Positions 41,851-53,417 of a stretch of 64,000 nt of DNA are shown here, piece after piece. Numbering within the stretch: position 1 is the stretch's first letter; each line of letters opens with the position of its first letter. The notes below the pieces were generated by a model that saw only the letters and a list, made by a program, of their open reading frames with translations, ran no database searches and had not been told where the DNA came from. Location: NCBI GenBank assembly GCA_963555755.3, contig OY820905.2, forward strand, positions 3,200,001-3,264,000, in the 5' to 3' direction. This DNA is from Nitrospirales bacterium. Its GTDB lineage: Bacteria; Nitrospirota; Nitrospiria; Nitrospirales; UBA8639. The translations under genes and the position numbers were made by a program.

Positions 41851-43344
41851 TTACGACTGAAGAGGTGGCTTTTTTATTTTCAATTTCTGCATGCGTGAAC
41901 GGAGAGTGCTGGGGTTCAGGCCTAAAATGGCCGCCGCGCCGCGTTCACCTTCGATGACCCATTTGGTTTCTTTGAGGACATTCTGGATATGAGTACGCTC
42001 GACTTTTTCAAGGGTGTGAAAGGTCGGGGAGGAAACTTCAAGCGGCTTCGATTTTTCAGACGAGAAGGCACGGAGTTCGGGAAGGTCGTTGAGGGTGAGC
42101 GCTGCGTCTTGAGCCAAAATTACGGCACGTTCGATGGTGTTTTCGAGTTCCCGGACATTGCCTGGCCAAGGATAGGCCTTAAGCGCAGTCATGGCTTCTT
42201 GAGAGATTTTCTCAATATTTTTTCCGATTTTACTCGAAAACTTTTTCAGGAAATGCGTGATCAATACGCCGATATCTTCTTTTCGATCTCGAAGGGGCGG
42301 ACTTGTTATAGGAAAGACGTTGAGCCGGTAATACAAGTCTTCACGAAAACTTCCGGCCCTCACCGCTTGCTCTAACGCTCGGTTAGTGGCAGCAATCACT
42401 CGCACATCTACTTTGGTTGTGTGCGGATTGCCCACACGTTCAAATTCGCCTTCTTGCAAAACCCGGAGCAATTTGGCTTGAAGGTCCAGAGGCATCTCAC
42501 CGATTTCATCCAAAAAGATCGTTCCTTTATCCGCCAGTTCAAACCGCCCGATTTTTTTGGCCACTGCTCCAGTAAAGGCCCCCTTCTCATGTCCAAATAA
42601 TTCGCTTTCAATCAAATTGCTTGGGAGCGAGGCGCAATTCACTTTGACTAAAGGACGATCGCTTCGCCGGCTTCGACTATGGACTGCCCGGGCCAGGAGT
42701 TCTTTGCCAGTTCCCGACTCTCCCAGAATAAGAACCGACGCGTCAGTCGGTGCGACTTGCTCGACCTGTGTTAACACCGCGTTCAGCGCTTTCCCTTGGC
42801 TAATAATGTCGTCAAAGTTGTGTTCGAGTTGAATTTCTTCTCGGAGGTATGTGTTTTCTGCTTGGAGCTGACCTTTTAAGTGTTCGACTTCATCGAGAGC
42901 TTTCTGGAGTTCCGCGGTGCGCTCGGTGACGCGTTGTTCGAGATGTTGCTGAAGCGAACGAAGTTTCAGATGTGTGGTCACTCGGGCTAACACTTCTTCA
43001 TGTTGAATAGGTTTGGTGACGTAATCTACGGCGCCCACTTGAAAACCTTTCACCTTATCCAGTGTTTCTGTCAGGGCGGTCATAAAGATCACAGGAATGT
43101 CGGCAGTAGCAGGATTGGCCTTCAATCGTTGACAGGTCTCAAACCCGTCCAGCCCTGGCATCATGACATCTAATAAGATCAAGTCGGGACGAGTGGCTGA
43201 GATTTGTTCTAAGGCACTTTCCCCATCCGTGGCCACAAAGACTTCATAGCCTTGTTTGTCGAACACTTGGACCAAAATTTCGAGATTCGTCGGGGTATCG
43301 TCAACTAAGAGGATGGAAGGTTTGGAAGACGGCAGGAGGCTCAT
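41851..43344 (-). CDS. Sigma54-dependent response regulator (REC-AAA+-HTH)
   Basis: Receiver LLDVMMP; GESGTGKE, ESELFGHEKGAFTGA, FLDEIGE, WPGNVREL; Fis-type HTH. Confidence 0.96.
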   Translation of the reverse strand: MSLLPSSKPSILLVDDTPTNLEILVQVFDKQGYEVFVATDGESALEQISATRPDLILLDVMMPGLDGFETCQRLKANPATADIPVIFMTALTETLDKVKGFQVGAVDYVTKPIQHEEVLARVTTHLKLRSLQQHLEQRVTERTAELQKALDEVEHLKGQLQAENTYLREEIQLEHNFDDIISQGKALNAVLTQVEQVAPTDASVLILGESGTGKELLARAVHSRSRRSDRPLVKVNCASLPSNLIESELFGHEKGAFTGAVAKKIGRFELADKGTIFLDEIGEMPLDLQAKLLRVLQEGEFERVGNPHTTKVDVRVIAATNRALEQAVRAGSFREDLYYRLNVFPITSPPLRDRKEDIGVLITHFLKKFSSKIGKNIEKISQEAMTALKAYPWPGNVRELENTIERAVILAQDAALTLNDLPELRAFSSEKSKPLEVSSPTFHTLEKVERTHIQNVLKETKWVIEGERGAAAILGLNPSTLRSRMQKLKIKKPPLQS

Positions 43345-46300
43345 ACCTTCTCACCAAGATGGGGTTTCAAGAATTCGCTGAGTTGTTTCATATTAAAAGC
43401 CCGGGCAAAACCCCGAAGTTCTTGTGTAAACGGTGCGTATTGATGGCCCATCTGGTCAATGGCGTCTATCTGTTTTCGGACTTCCAAGATCTGCCCCTTT
43501 ATGGCGAGTTCATACAGAGGTTGTAATATGTCTAAGGGAGGAGTCGGCATGACCTCCATATCATCAAAAGCAGCGTGTCCATCTTGCGTCGGCACTTCAT
43601 ATTCCCATTCAATCCCAGCATGGGTTTCAAGAGCCTGAAGTAATTCAGGTTCTCGAATAGGCTTCGACAAAAATTCATTACATCCAACGTTGAGACTCTC
43701 CTGACGACTATAGTCAAACACGCTCGCTGACAGGGCGATGATCACGGTGTCTGCAAACTCAGGCATGGCACGCAAGGCTCTGGTGGTAGCAAACCCATCC
43801 ATCACGGGCATGACCAGATCCATAAAAATGACGTCGGGGCGATGACGCTGTGCCCGTTTCAAACCTTCTTGACCATTCGAGGCTTCGTCTATCGTCAAGC
43901 CCTTGTGTTTGAGCATATGGGCGAGAACGGATCGATTCTCCCACTTATCGTCGATGATCAGAACCCGTTTCTGACCATGCTTGACGCCGATGATGCGGCG
44001 TAGGTCCTGTGTCTTGGTCGGCGCTCGTTGGGCAATAGACGGCAGCGGAATCGTAAACCAAAAACAGCTTCCTTGTCCTTGAGTGCTTTGAACTTCTAAC
44101 GTTCCTCCCATCAATGTGACCAGCTTGTTCGTGATGGTTAAGCCTAACCCCGTTCCTTCTGCCTGACGATTGGGGTCAGCGACTTGCTGAAAGGGGAGAA
44201 AAATGTCTTTGAGGTGTTGTGGCGCAATCCCGATGCCCGTGTCTTCAATGTGAAATCGCAAGGTATGAGGAACATCGGTGGTAATGGAAAGGGTCACCTG
44301 ACCCGCGTCGGTAAATTTCACCGAATTGCCCAACAAGTTTAAGAGCACTTGTCGTAAACGCTTTTCGTCACCTTCGACTTCTGTGGGAAGAGAGTCAGGA
44401 AATTCATAACGAAACGATAGCCCAGCTTGGTCGGCCCGAACTTTTATGATCTCCACAATCGTTTTCAAAAATTCCGGAAAGTGAAATGCCGTGGGACTCA
44501 ACTCTAGTTTTTGAGCCTCGATTTTTGAAAGATCAAGGATGTCATTGATGAGTGTGAGCAAGTGTTCGCCGCTGCGATGAATCACATCAAGCCCGGACCG
44601 TTGGTCTTCGGAAAGGTTCGCATCCCCTTTCAGAATTTGGGAAAACCCCAAGATGCCATTGAGAGGTGTGCGCAGTTCATGGCTCATGTTGGCTAAGAAC
44701 TCGCTTTTGGCCCGGTTGGCTGATTCCGCAGCTTCTTTGGCAAGTAGCAAAGCTTCCTCCGCTTCTTTTCGAGAGCTAATGTCTTGAATGGTGCCTTCGT
44801 AATACAGTAAAGAACCATTGTCCTTTGTGACGGCTCGAGCATGTTCAGAGATCCAGAATATGGTCCCATCACGGTGATACACCTGACATTCAAACCCCTG
44901 AACGGTTCCATGCTGTTTTAGATGCCGAACAAACCGATCACGATAATGTGGGTCAACATAAATTTGTTTGCCAATACTTTCGATTGAATGCAGGAGTTCG
45001 TCAGGGGAGGCATACCCATACATTCTTGCCAGCGCCGGGTTGACGCTCAAAAAACGTCCCTCCGGTGTGCTTTGGTAAATCCCCTCGACAGCGTTTTCGA
45101 CGATACTGTGATACTTTTGCTCGGCGACCCCAAGAGCTTTTTCACCGCGTTGGCGTTCGGTAATTTCTTCTTGTAATCGAGTGTTCGTGTCGGACAGTTC
45201 GGACGTCCGGTCTTGTACCCGTTGTTCAAGATAGGTGTGGGCTTCATGTAAAGCTTCCTCTGCAGCCTTTCGTTCAAAGGCATTCGCAAAGATTTCTCCA
45301 ACGATGCGGAGGAGCGACACAATATCTTCCTCCCACGTTTTCTCTTTTTGAATGGAGTCAAGTCCCAAAAACCCAACAAGCTCTCCTCGACGGACAAGAG
45401 GAATAAAGATCGCTGATTGGACGGGATCAAATTTCAAAAACAATTCGCGTTCAACTATGGCTTCAGGGGGCAATTCAATAATCCGTGGGATATGAAGGGG
45501 TTTTAGTCGTCGTAACTGTTCCATAACCCATGGAACGGCATCCATGGGAATGCGCTGGAATTGGTCCCGAAGAGGGGTGTATCCCTTAGCATACCATTCA
45601 TGAGTGGCGCTAAAGGTCGTCCCATCTTCCGAGATTAAAAATACAAAGCTGCGTTCGATTTCCACAAAAAGGCCTATGGTTTTCAGTGCCTCGGTAATGT
45701 GGTGATCAATTTCGGAAATGGGGAGGTTGATAAGTTCGGTGGAGATCGTGGTGATCAAATCTTCAAAAAGTAAACGTTCTTCAAGGGCTCCCTGAACCCG
45801 TTTTCGTTCGAAATAGTTTCGCAACATTTCTGATAACGAATTAATGAGTTTCCGTTCTTCATTGGTGAAAGGACCTTCATCAATTACCGGACGTTCTTCC
45901 AAATAACAAATTTCCAAAAGGCCCGGTGTGCCATCATCGGTGGCAAACTCAGCACGCTGCATCCAGTCCGTGTGCTGAAAGTGTGTCGTGGCCATGTCGA
46001 TGTCCGCATACGAGATGCGAGCCTCAGTGATCTGTGGGTATTGCCAGGCTTCACGCAAGAGAGGAAGGAGCTGCTGCACCACCTCTTGAGGCGTGGCCAC
46101 GGGATCCTGAGCGAGTCGGGCGGTATGATGCAGAACGGTGAGTTCCTTGACGCGGCTTCCTAAGTCTTGCATGAGACCATACGCTTCTTCTTGGATGCGC
46201 TGTCGTTCGAGAGATTCAAAGGTATGCGAAACAAAGTCCGCAATCGAACTGCCAAATTGTTGTTCATCTAAACTCCAGACCCGGGCTGGGCCAATATGCT

Positions 46301-47426
46301 CGTGGCAGAGGACTCCAACGGTTTGCCCTTGCTTAAAGATGGGAGAATCCATCATGGACGTAATGCCCAGGACATCCAGATAGCCAACAGCAAATTCGCT
46401 CGTTCGCAGATCAGTGCGAGCATCGTGTGCGGCAATAGTGAGGTTCTGGCTCAATGCCGAGAAATAGCGAGGATAATGTTCAATAGAGAGTTGGGTGCCA
46501 TGAACATGGGTCCCCTTGCTACGTTCATAGACATCAAGGCAGGTGAGATGAGTTTTATCTTCATCAAGCATCCAAATACTGACCCGCTCAACCTCCAATG
46601 TATCGGCCACCAGTTGCGTCACCCGCTGACAAGCCGCTTCCCGTGTTTGAAATACCGCACGAACAAGGCTGAGCAAGGCGGCTTGATGCTGAATGGTCCG
46701 ATCCCGCGCACGTTTTTGTTCGGCTTCGATGTGTTTGCGTTCGGTAATATCCAAGGCATAAATGTTGAGATACCCTGAATCAACTATTGGCGCGAGATTC
46801 AAAGAATACATTCGTTCGCCTACCGTGACTTCCGTCTGTTGTGGCTCTCCGGATTGAAAGGCTTGTTCGACAATAGGGCACCAAGGTCCAGAAATTGATT
46901 CACCGGCCCGACAGTCCCAAAGGTTTAATAAGGGAGCGCTGGCTTTGTTGTGATACAGAATGGTTCCGTCCTGCGACAGGCGAAGGATAGGGTTCGGGTT
47001 TTCGTCGGGAAACTTGGACAAGCTGGCGATTTCTTCCTGTGCTCGTTTGCGTTCCGTGATATCTCGAATAAAACTACAATGGTAGGATTCACCTTCAAAC
47101 TCGACATAATTGACCGATACCTCTACTGGAAATAGGCCTCCATTTTTTCGACGATGTTCGGATTCAATGGTAAAGGCTTGTTGTGTGCGAATCTCGTCCC
47201 ATAAGGAAGGCCATTCCTCAGTTGACAACCCAGGATTAATATCAAATACCCTCAGAGCGAGAAATTCTTCTCGGGAATAGCCATAGAGTAAACAGGCTGC
47301 TTCATTCACCCCATAAAATCGACCTTTCGCATCGACCCAGAAGATAGGGTCCGACGCCCGCTCAATCGTAAACTGCGCCAACCGCGCATCACGATTATTG
47401 GGATTAGATTTCGATTTATCAGTCAT
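43341..47426 (-). CDS. PAS/GAF hybrid sensor histidine kinase
   Basis: Multiple PAS and GAF domains, [13 protein letters not shown], HATPase, C-terminal receiver. Confidence 0.95.
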   Translation of the reverse strand: MTDKSKSNPNNRDARLAQFTIERASDPIFWVDAKGRFYGVNEAACLLYGYSREEFLALRVFDINPGLSTEEWPSLWDEIRTQQAFTIESEHRRKNGGLFPVEVSVNYVEFEGESYHCSFIRDITERKRAQEEIASLSKFPDENPNPILRLSQDGTILYHNKASAPLLNLWDCRAGESISGPWCPIVEQAFQSGEPQQTEVTVGERMYSLNLAPIVDSGYLNIYALDITERKHIEAEQKRARDRTIQHQAALLSLVRAVFQTREAACQRVTQLVADTLEVERVSIWMLDEDKTHLTCLDVYERSKGTHVHGTQLSIEHYPRYFSALSQNLTIAAHDARTDLRTSEFAVGYLDVLGITSMMDSPIFKQGQTVGVLCHEHIGPARVWSLDEQQFGSSIADFVSHTFESLERQRIQEEAYGLMQDLGSRVKELTVLHHTARLAQDPVATPQEVVQQLLPLLREAWQYPQITEARISYADIDMATTHFQHTDWMQRAEFATDDGTPGLLEICYLEERPVIDEGPFTNEERKLINSLSEMLRNYFERKRVQGALEERLLFEDLITTISTELINLPISEIDHHITEALKTIGLFVEIERSFVFLISEDGTTFSATHEWYAKGYTPLRDQFQRIPMDAVPWVMEQLRRLKPLHIPRIIELPPEAIVERELFLKFDPVQSAIFIPLVRRGELVGFLGLDSIQKEKTWEEDIVSLLRIVGEIFANAFERKAAEEALHEAHTYLEQRVQDRTSELSDTNTRLQEEITERQRGEKALGVAEQKYHSIVENAVEGIYQSTPEGRFLSVNPALARMYGYASPDELLHSIESIGKQIYVDPHYRDRFVRHLKQHGTVQGFECQVYHRDGTIFWISEHARAVTKDNGSLLYYEGTIQDISSRKEAEEALLLAKEAAESANRAKSEFLANMSHELRTPLNGILGFSQILKGDANLSEDQRSGLDVIHRSGEHLLTLINDILDLSKIEAQKLELSPTAFHFPEFLKTIVEIIKVRADQAGLSFRYEFPDSLPTEVEGDEKRLRQVLLNLLGNSVKFTDAGQVTLSITTDVPHTLRFHIEDTGIGIAPQHLKDIFLPFQQVADPNRQAEGTGLGLTITNKLVTLMGGTLEVQSTQGQGSCFWFTIPLPSIAQRAPTKTQDLRRIIGVKHGQKRVLIIDDKWENRSVLAHMLKHKGLTIDEASNGQEGLKRAQRHRPDVIFMDLVMPVMDGFATTRALRAMPEFADTVIIALSASVFDYSRQESLNVGCNEFLSKPIREPELLQALETHAGIEWEYEVPTQDGHAAFDDMEVMPTPPLDILQPLYELAIKGQILEVRKQIDAIDQMGHQYAPFTQELRGFARAFNMKQLSEFLKPHLGEKV

Positions 47427-48192
47427 CTTTTAGCTCACACCAAACAGGTGTATGATCCGAAGGTTTCTCTTTCCCACGTGGGCCTTTATCCACACCGGTG
47501 GCTACGAGTCGGTCAGCAGCTTGTGGGGAAAGCATAAAATGATCAATGCGCAACCCCTGGTCTTTATTCCAGCATCCGGCTTGGTAATCCCAAAATGTGT
47601 ACAAGCCTACTTGCGGATGCTGGGCTCGAAGCGCATCAGTCAGGCCCAGATAACACAAGGTGCGAAACCGAGTCCGAGTTTCTGGGTGACACAGCGCATC
47701 CCCGGCAAATCCATCAGGGTCATACACATCGTCATCCGTTGGACACACATTATAATCGCCACCCAAAACTAAAGTTTCTTCATAGGTGAGGAGCGTTCGG
47801 ACATGGGAGATCAGACGGTCCAGCCAGGCGAGTTTGTATGTAAACTTTTCAGTGTCGATAGGATTACCATTGGGAAGATAGATCGAGGCTATGCGGACGT
47901 TTCCAACAATAGCTTCCACATAGCGAGCCTGTTCATCACTGGAATCACCAGGAAGACCTCGCTGTTCTATTTCGATCGGGTGTTTCGACACAATCGCCAC
48001 GCCGTTGTAGGTTTTTTGTCCAACCACGGCTAGGTTATACCCGAGGTCCTCAATTTCGGTTCGCGGAACATTTTCTTCTTGAGATTTCAGCTCCTGAAGC
48101 AACAACACATCCGGGCTCACCTCTTTCAGATAAGCTCCCACATGCGGCAACCTGGATTTAATGGAATTCACATTCCACGTCGCGATTTTCAT
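47419..48192 (-). CDS. xth: Exodeoxyribonuclease III
   Basis: ATWNVNS, LQELK, YNGVA, GDYN, GLRIDH, SDH.P. Confidence 0.96.
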   Translation of the reverse strand: MKIATWNVNSIKSRLPHVGAYLKEVSPDVLLLQELKSQEENVPRTEIEDLGYNLAVVGQKTYNGVAIVSKHPIEIEQRGLPGDSSDEQARYVEAIVGNVRIASIYLPNGNPIDTEKFTYKLAWLDRLISHVRTLLTYEETLVLGGDYNVCPTDDDVYDPDGFAGDALCHPETRTRFRTLCYLGLTDALRAQHPQVGLYTFWDYQAGCWNKDQGLRIDHFMLSPQAADRLVATGVDKGPRGKEKPSDHTPVWCELKDD

Positions 48193-48235
48193 CGCAATGG
48201 AGTTCCTTCTTTCCTTGGACCAGAGTCATTACCAA

Positions 48236-48637
48236 TTATAGATTAGATAGGGTAGCAAATCCCGGCGACTGCAGTAACTGTACATCTGCCGTGACAAGAG
48301 TCAAATCATAGACCTGTGCGGTGGCCCCGAGAAAGCGGTCCACGGGATCTTGGTGAGTCAGTGTAAGGCGGCGACTTTGTATAGCCACTTCATGGTTCAG
48401 TTGAGCTTCATGAAAAGGAATGCGGGCATAGGCTTGGCGGATCCAAGTAAATGGGTCAGTCTCGAGCAAGATCCTACCTTTGTCTGAAAGGAGAATAACT
48501 TCCCATGTGGTCATGGGGGAAAGCCAGAGACTATTGGAGGGGTTTTCCAGTTCAGAGGAAACTCGGTGATGAAGACGGCTTGGTTCAAGAAGGGCCCAGA
48601 GAAAAATATGCGTATCAAGGAGGAGGTTCAAGTTTAT
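48236..48637 (-). CDS. VapC/PIN-domain toxin
   Basis: LLLDTH..LW, WE, H.DP.DR, LVT.D; start approximate. Confidence 0.88.
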   Translation of the reverse strand: MNLNLLLDTHIFLWALLEPSRLHHRVSSELENPSNSLWLSPMTTWEVILLSDKGRILLETDPFTWIRQAYARIPFHEAQLNHEVAIQSRRLTLTHQDPVDRFLGATAQVYDLTLVTADVQLLQSPGFATLSNL

Positions 48638-48870
48638 GAGATTTCCCAATCTTGAGAGTCGGTGACAGGGGTAATAATGTCACCTTGGATTGTGCCACTT
48701 CCTTTCATAGAGCCCAACCAAGATTCTGGAGGAGAGGGAGGGACAGGAGGAATGACTTGGGCTATGGGATCTCCTTTACGAGTGATCAGTATAGGCTGGC
48801 CCGTACGCTTTACTTTATCCAATAGAGAAAGGCACGTGGCTTTAAATTTTGAAATAGGCACTTGTTCCAC
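48634..48870 (-). CDS. Phd/YefM-family antitoxin
   Basis: FKA.CL.LLD.V..TG..I.IT.KG.P.A. Confidence 0.88.
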   Translation of the reverse strand: MEQVPISKFKATCLSLLDKVKRTGQPILITRKGDPIAQVIPPVPPSPPESWLGSMKGSGTIQGDIITPVTDSQDWEIS

Positions 48871-48888
48871 GGAAATACCTTTTATAAA

Positions 48889-48913
48889 AGACTATGGTCA
48901 ATGACTATAGTCT
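48889..48913. promoter_or_regulatory. Probable TA operator
   Basis: Inverted repeat AGACTATGGTCA-A-TGACTATAGTCT upstream of the antitoxin. Confidence 0.6.
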
Positions 48914-48947
48914 ACTGCTTGATTCTGTAAATAGCAATATCGTTTAA

Positions 48948-48987
48948 CCTAGAGACGGCAGTTGGGCGCAAAAAAGCCGTTTCTAGG
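48948..48987. repeat. 40-bp mini CCTAG element downstream of polA
   Basis: Collapsed TIR pair; a similar 40-bp element lies at 57066-57105 with TSD ATTAT, and a solo end at 51855. Confidence 0.7.
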
Positions 48988-48996
48988 CTAAAGGAT

Positions 48997-51831
48997 TTAA
49001 TGCGCCTCGCCCCAGGAAGCCCCTTGTCCCACTTCGACCGTCAGTGACACCGAAAGTTGGAGGGCAGGGAGGGAAGCCGACTCCATCACTTTCTTCACAA
49101 CCTCGCCTGTTCGATCGACAGCATCTTCTTCAACTTCAAACAACAATTCGTCGTGGACGGTTAAAAGCATTTTGGCTTTTGTGGTGAGGTTGTGTTGTGC
49201 CAAAGCACTGGGTACGCGAATCATGGCGCGTTTCAAAATGTCAGCGGCGGCGCCTTGGATGGGGGCATTGATGGCGGCGCGCTCAGAAAAATTTCGGCGG
49301 GCGGCATTTTTTTCATGGATGTCTGGCACATGGCACCGCCGGCCAAAGAGTGTTTCCACGTATCCATGTTCGCGGCAGAATTGTTTGGTGCGGTCCATGT
49401 ATTCTTGAATGCCAGGGTAGCGTTCGAAATAGGCTTTCATATAGGCGGCGGCCTCTTCATTGGATATGCCAAGTTGACGGCTGAGCCCAAACGCGCTGAT
49501 CCCGTAAATGATGCCAAAATTGATCGCTTTGGCTTTGCGGCGCATAGCAGGATCTAAATCTTCAGCTTCAACTCCAAAAATTTGGCTGGCGGTGAGGGCG
49601 TGAATGTCTTGGCCTTCGTGGAACGCCTGTTTCAACACATCGATATTGGCAATGTGTGCGAGCAGGCGGAGTTCAATTTGGGAATAATCCAGTGACAGCA
49701 AGGTCCACCCAGACTTGGCGACAAAGGCGTGGCGAATTTTTCGACCATCTTCGGTACGTATGGGAATATTTTGAAGATTGGGATCCGTCGACGACAGGCG
49801 ACCTGTTGAGGCAGCGGCCATGGAATAGGAGGTGTGGACTCGCCCCGTTCGTGGATTGATCTGTTCCACCAAGGCATCGCTGTAGGTGCTTTTCAATTTA
49901 TCGAGCTGTCGCCACTCCAACATTTTGGCTGGTAGCTCGTGGCCCTCGGCGACAAGGGATTCCAATACATCGGCACCCGTGGAATACGCGCCGGATTTCC
50001 CCTTTTGTCCGCCCACGAGTTGCATTTCTTCAAACAAGACTTCACCAAGTTGTTTGGGCGAGCCGACATTAAATTCATGCCCGGCCAGTTGGTAAATGTC
50101 TTTCTCTAAGATGGCTTGGCGTTCAGCAAAGTCTTGGCTGAGTGACTCCAACTGTGCGCGATCGACTTTTATCCCTTCGGCTTCCATCTCCACCAGAACA
50201 GGAATAAGCGGGCGCTCTAATGTCTCATAGGGCGTGACCATCCGTTCGGCCAACAGGCGGGGTTTGAATAAGTGGTGAAACTGAAGTGTGATATCTGCAT
50301 CTTCAGCGGCATAGTCCAAGGCTTTATCCAGCGGAACCAAGTCAAAGGTAATTTTCGATTTCCCGGTTCCCGCGACTTCTTTGAACTTGATCGTGGTGTG
50401 GCCAAAATGAAGTTCGGCTAATTCATCCATACCGTGACCATGGCTGCCTCCGTCCAGGATGTAGGACATCAACATGGTATCGTCGATAGGTGAGATGGTC
50501 ATGTCGTATCGACGAAGTACCACCATGTCGTATTTCAGGTTATGACCGATTTTGAGCACCGAGGAGTCCGCTAAGAGCGGACGCAGGATATCGAGCGCCT
50601 CATGGAGGGGAATTTGAACGAGAGGTTCGTGTTGTTGGGATGAGTGTTCTTTGGTAGATGATTCGGAGAAATCCAATTCTGATACAGCCTCAGGATAGCG
50701 GTGTGCGAGTGGGATGTAGCACGCATGGCCGGGCTTCACGCACAGAGAAATACCAACTAATTCGGCTCGGCTTTCATCCAATGACGTGGTTTCGGTATCG
50801 ACCGCAACCGCGCCAGCATAGCGCGCTTGGGTCACCCAATCTTGCAGAACTGAGATGGATTGGACGAGTTCATAGTATCGAGTGACTGGAGCCATCGGCC
50901 CAGTTGGCAAGGCACCTTCGATCTCAGGAATGTCTTGACCGGAAGCCGCTAAGCGGCTTTGGATCTTGGCTATGAGGGATTTGAAGCTTTGTTCATTGAG
51001 GAAGTTGAGTAATTGTTGTGGGTCTGGATTTTGGCGTTGCAACTGGTCCACTGTGAGGTTGGTCGGCACGTCGTCTCGTAGACGAACCAGTTCTCGTGAG
51101 AGTCTGGCTTGATCCGCAAAATCGATGAGGCTTTGGCGTCGCTTCGGTTGCTTAATCTCTGAAGCCCGAGCGAGAAGAGAGTCAAGATCACCATATTCCT
51201 GAATGAGTTGGGCCGCGGTTTTCACGCCAATGCCAGGGACCCCTGGCACATTGTCTGTTGAATCGCCAGCCAGGGCTTGCACATCTACAACTTTTTCCGG
51301 GCCAACGCCGAATTTCTCTTTGACCTCAGCAGGGCCAATCTTTCGGTTTTTCATCGCGTCGAACATGCTGACGCGATCCGTGACCAACTGCATCATATCT
51401 TTATCCGACGATACAATGGTCACGTCTATCCCCTCGGCCTCCGCTTGTCGCGCATAGGTGGCAATCAGGTCATCGGCTTCGAAGCCTGGCTTTTCAATAC
51501 ATTCCACATTAAAGGCACGCGTAGCATCTCGAACCAATGGAAACTGGGGAATCAATTCATCTGGAGGTTCGGGTCGGTTCGCCTTGTACTCCGGAAAAAT
51601 TTCATTGCGAAAGGTTTTCCGAGCCGAATCAAAAATCACGGCTAGGTGGGTGGCGTGCAGGTCATCCAGTAGTTTCATCAACATGTTGGTGAAACCCAGG
51701 ACCGCATTCACCGGTGTCCCATCTGGTCGAGTCAGAATCGGTAGGGCGTGGAATGCTCGAAACAAAAAACTTGAGCCATCCACGAGACACAGGTGCTTCT
51801 TAGAAGAGTCCTGTTTTTGGGTCATCATCAT
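48997..51831 (-). CDS. polA: DNA polymerase I
   Basis: 5'-3' exonuclease (LVDGS, EADD), 3'-5' exonuclease (DTETT), polymerase motifs DYSQIELR, KAINFGIIYG, VHDE. Confidence 0.98.
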   Translation of the reverse strand: MMMTQKQDSSKKHLCLVDGSSFLFRAFHALPILTRPDGTPVNAVLGFTNMLMKLLDDLHATHLAVIFDSARKTFRNEIFPEYKANRPEPPDELIPQFPLVRDATRAFNVECIEKPGFEADDLIATYARQAEAEGIDVTIVSSDKDMMQLVTDRVSMFDAMKNRKIGPAEVKEKFGVGPEKVVDVQALAGDSTDNVPGVPGIGVKTAAQLIQEYGDLDSLLARASEIKQPKRRQSLIDFADQARLSRELVRLRDDVPTNLTVDQLQRQNPDPQQLLNFLNEQSFKSLIAKIQSRLAASGQDIPEIEGALPTGPMAPVTRYYELVQSISVLQDWVTQARYAGAVAVDTETTSLDESRAELVGISLCVKPGHACYIPLAHRYPEAVSELDFSESSTKEHSSQQHEPLVQIPLHEALDILRPLLADSSVLKIGHNLKYDMVVLRRYDMTISPIDDTMLMSYILDGGSHGHGMDELAELHFGHTTIKFKEVAGTGKSKITFDLVPLDKALDYAAEDADITLQFHHLFKPRLLAERMVTPYETLERPLIPVLVEMEAEGIKVDRAQLESLSQDFAERQAILEKDIYQLAGHEFNVGSPKQLGEVLFEEMQLVGGQKGKSGAYSTGADVLESLVAEGHELPAKMLEWRQLDKLKSTYSDALVEQINPRTGRVHTSYSMAAASTGRLSSTDPNLQNIPIRTEDGRKIRHAFVAKSGWTLLSLDYSQIELRLLAHIANIDVLKQAFHEGQDIHALTASQIFGVEAEDLDPAMRRKAKAINFGIIYGISAFGLSRQLGISNEEAAAYMKAYFERYPGIQEYMDRTKQFCREHGYVETLFGRRCHVPDIHEKNAARRNFSERAAINAPIQGAAADILKRAMIRVPSALAQHNLTTKAKMLLTVHDELLFEVEEDAVDRTGEVVKKVMESASLPALQLSVSLTVEVGQGASWGEAH

Positions 51832-52139
51832 ATCATGGGTTGTCCTGTGTTGAACCTAGAAACAGCAGTTGGCTCCATACTTTACAGGGATGTAGCATAT
51901 TCTGAGTCAGAGGGGAAAGAAACGAGATTGCAAAGGTGTAACAGGATGAAAACTGACAGGACCATGGAGAGAAGCCTTCTTGTTCAAGGCTGAAAGGACA
52001 AGAAATTAGCCACGATATGTCGTTTGGCCGCGAAATAACGCAGTCTGGGGAATGGAGAAACACATGGCTTTAAATTTGAGGCTTTTCACAACTCGTTGAA
52101 AAACACGAGAACTTTTCCGATAAAAGCCATCTATCTTTT

Positions 52140-52155
52140 TGGCATCAGGTCTGCA
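52140..52155 (+). promoter_or_regulatory. Probable sigma54 promoter
   Basis: TGGCATCAGGTCTGCA: GG-N10-GC spacing. Confidence 0.6.
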
Positions 52156-52177
52156 ATAGAGACTGCAAGAGGACGAA

Positions 52178-53173
52178 ATGGGAAATTCTTTCAGAAAGAT
52201 TTTTAAGGAGAGCCCGATGTCACCAAGATTAAAGTTTCACGCACTCGCTTCCCTTTCAACATTGATCGTCGGCCTTACATTTGGAGGGACTTTGACTTTT
52301 GCCGAGTCTAATAATGAAAATTCGGTTATGGTGGCTCTTCTCCTACAACAAGGGCAGCTTGATCATCAGATTGGTCAAGTCGAGCAGAGGATCTTGGATG
52401 TTCAACAACGACCGTTCCACTCGGAGACGCCAAACCCTCTGATGGCCCTGCTTATTGACGGCAAGAACAATGGGGATGGGAGCAACCAGGACGATGAGGT
52501 GACCACGCTCGAAGAGTATACGGTGGAGGATACCTATTTGGACCCCTTTGATGAAGGTCTTTCGGAAGTCGTACCGGATCCCTGGGAAGGATTCAATTCC
52601 CCGGTGTTTGATTTTAATCTTAGCTTGGATCGAAATTTCATCCGGCCTGTAGCGCAAGGATATCATGCCATCATGCCTGATGTGGCTGAAGAAGCCCTGG
52701 GGAATGCCTTTTCAAACATCCGCATTATACCGCGCCTGACCCACAATCTGCTTCAGGGCAAGGTCTCTGAGGCCGGCGTGGTCGTCAGCCGGTTTTTGAT
52801 CAATAGCACCATCGGTCTGGCAGGGTTTTTCGATGTGGCCGAAGCGCAGTTTGGTCTCACCGCGCCTGCTGAAGAAGATGCCGGTCAAACGCTGGCCAAG
52901 CTGGGCATGGAATCAGGACCCTACTTGGTGTTGCCATTTTTGCCGCCAACGACGGTTCGAGATGGCATCGGAACGCTTGCAGACTTAGCCCTGGATCCTT
53001 TGAATTACGTGTTGCCGTTTGTGGCTCAGGCTTCTAAACGGGGCAGTGAAACTGTCAATACTCGCGCCCAGAGCCTTGCAACCTTTGAAGGCATCGAAGA
53101 GGGTACGCTAGATTTATATGCGGCGGTCCGTGACGCGTATGGGCAAACTCGCGCCCAAGCCATTCAACACTAA
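52178..53173 (+). CDS. mlaA: VacJ/MlaA-family protein
   Basis: DPWEGFN, RFLINSTIG.AG.FD, ED.GQTL, GPYLVLP..P.T.RD; unusual extended N-terminus. Confidence 0.88.
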   Translation: MGNSFRKIFKESPMSPRLKFHALASLSTLIVGLTFGGTLTFAESNNENSVMVALLLQQGQLDHQIGQVEQRILDVQQRPFHSETPNPLMALLIDGKNNGDGSNQDDEVTTLEEYTVEDTYLDPFDEGLSEVVPDPWEGFNSPVFDFNLSLDRNFIRPVAQGYHAIMPDVAEEALGNAFSNIRIIPRLTHNLLQGKVSEAGVVVSRFLINSTIGLAGFFDVAEAQFGLTAPAEEDAGQTLAKLGMESGPYLVLPFLPPTTVRDGIGTLADLALDPLNYVLPFVAQASKRGSETVNTRAQSLATFEGIEEGTLDLYAAVRDAYGQTRAQAIQH

Positions 53174-53417
53174 CTGGCCGGCTTGATTACGGCTAGGCTT
53201 TCACCCCACATTTTTGTCAAAATGTTCCCCGCCGATCTTCCCTCGTTGTAATTTGACCTCGCTTTTAATTATCTTTAGAAAATCTCATAGGATGCCGGTA
53301 AGGCATTCCTTCAATCATCCAACAATTCTGGTCACTTACGGATTCAACAGCTGACAAAACGCAGTTGCGGGTAGATCATATGTGTCTTTCAGGTCAACTT
53401 TTCTGACAGGGGTGGTC

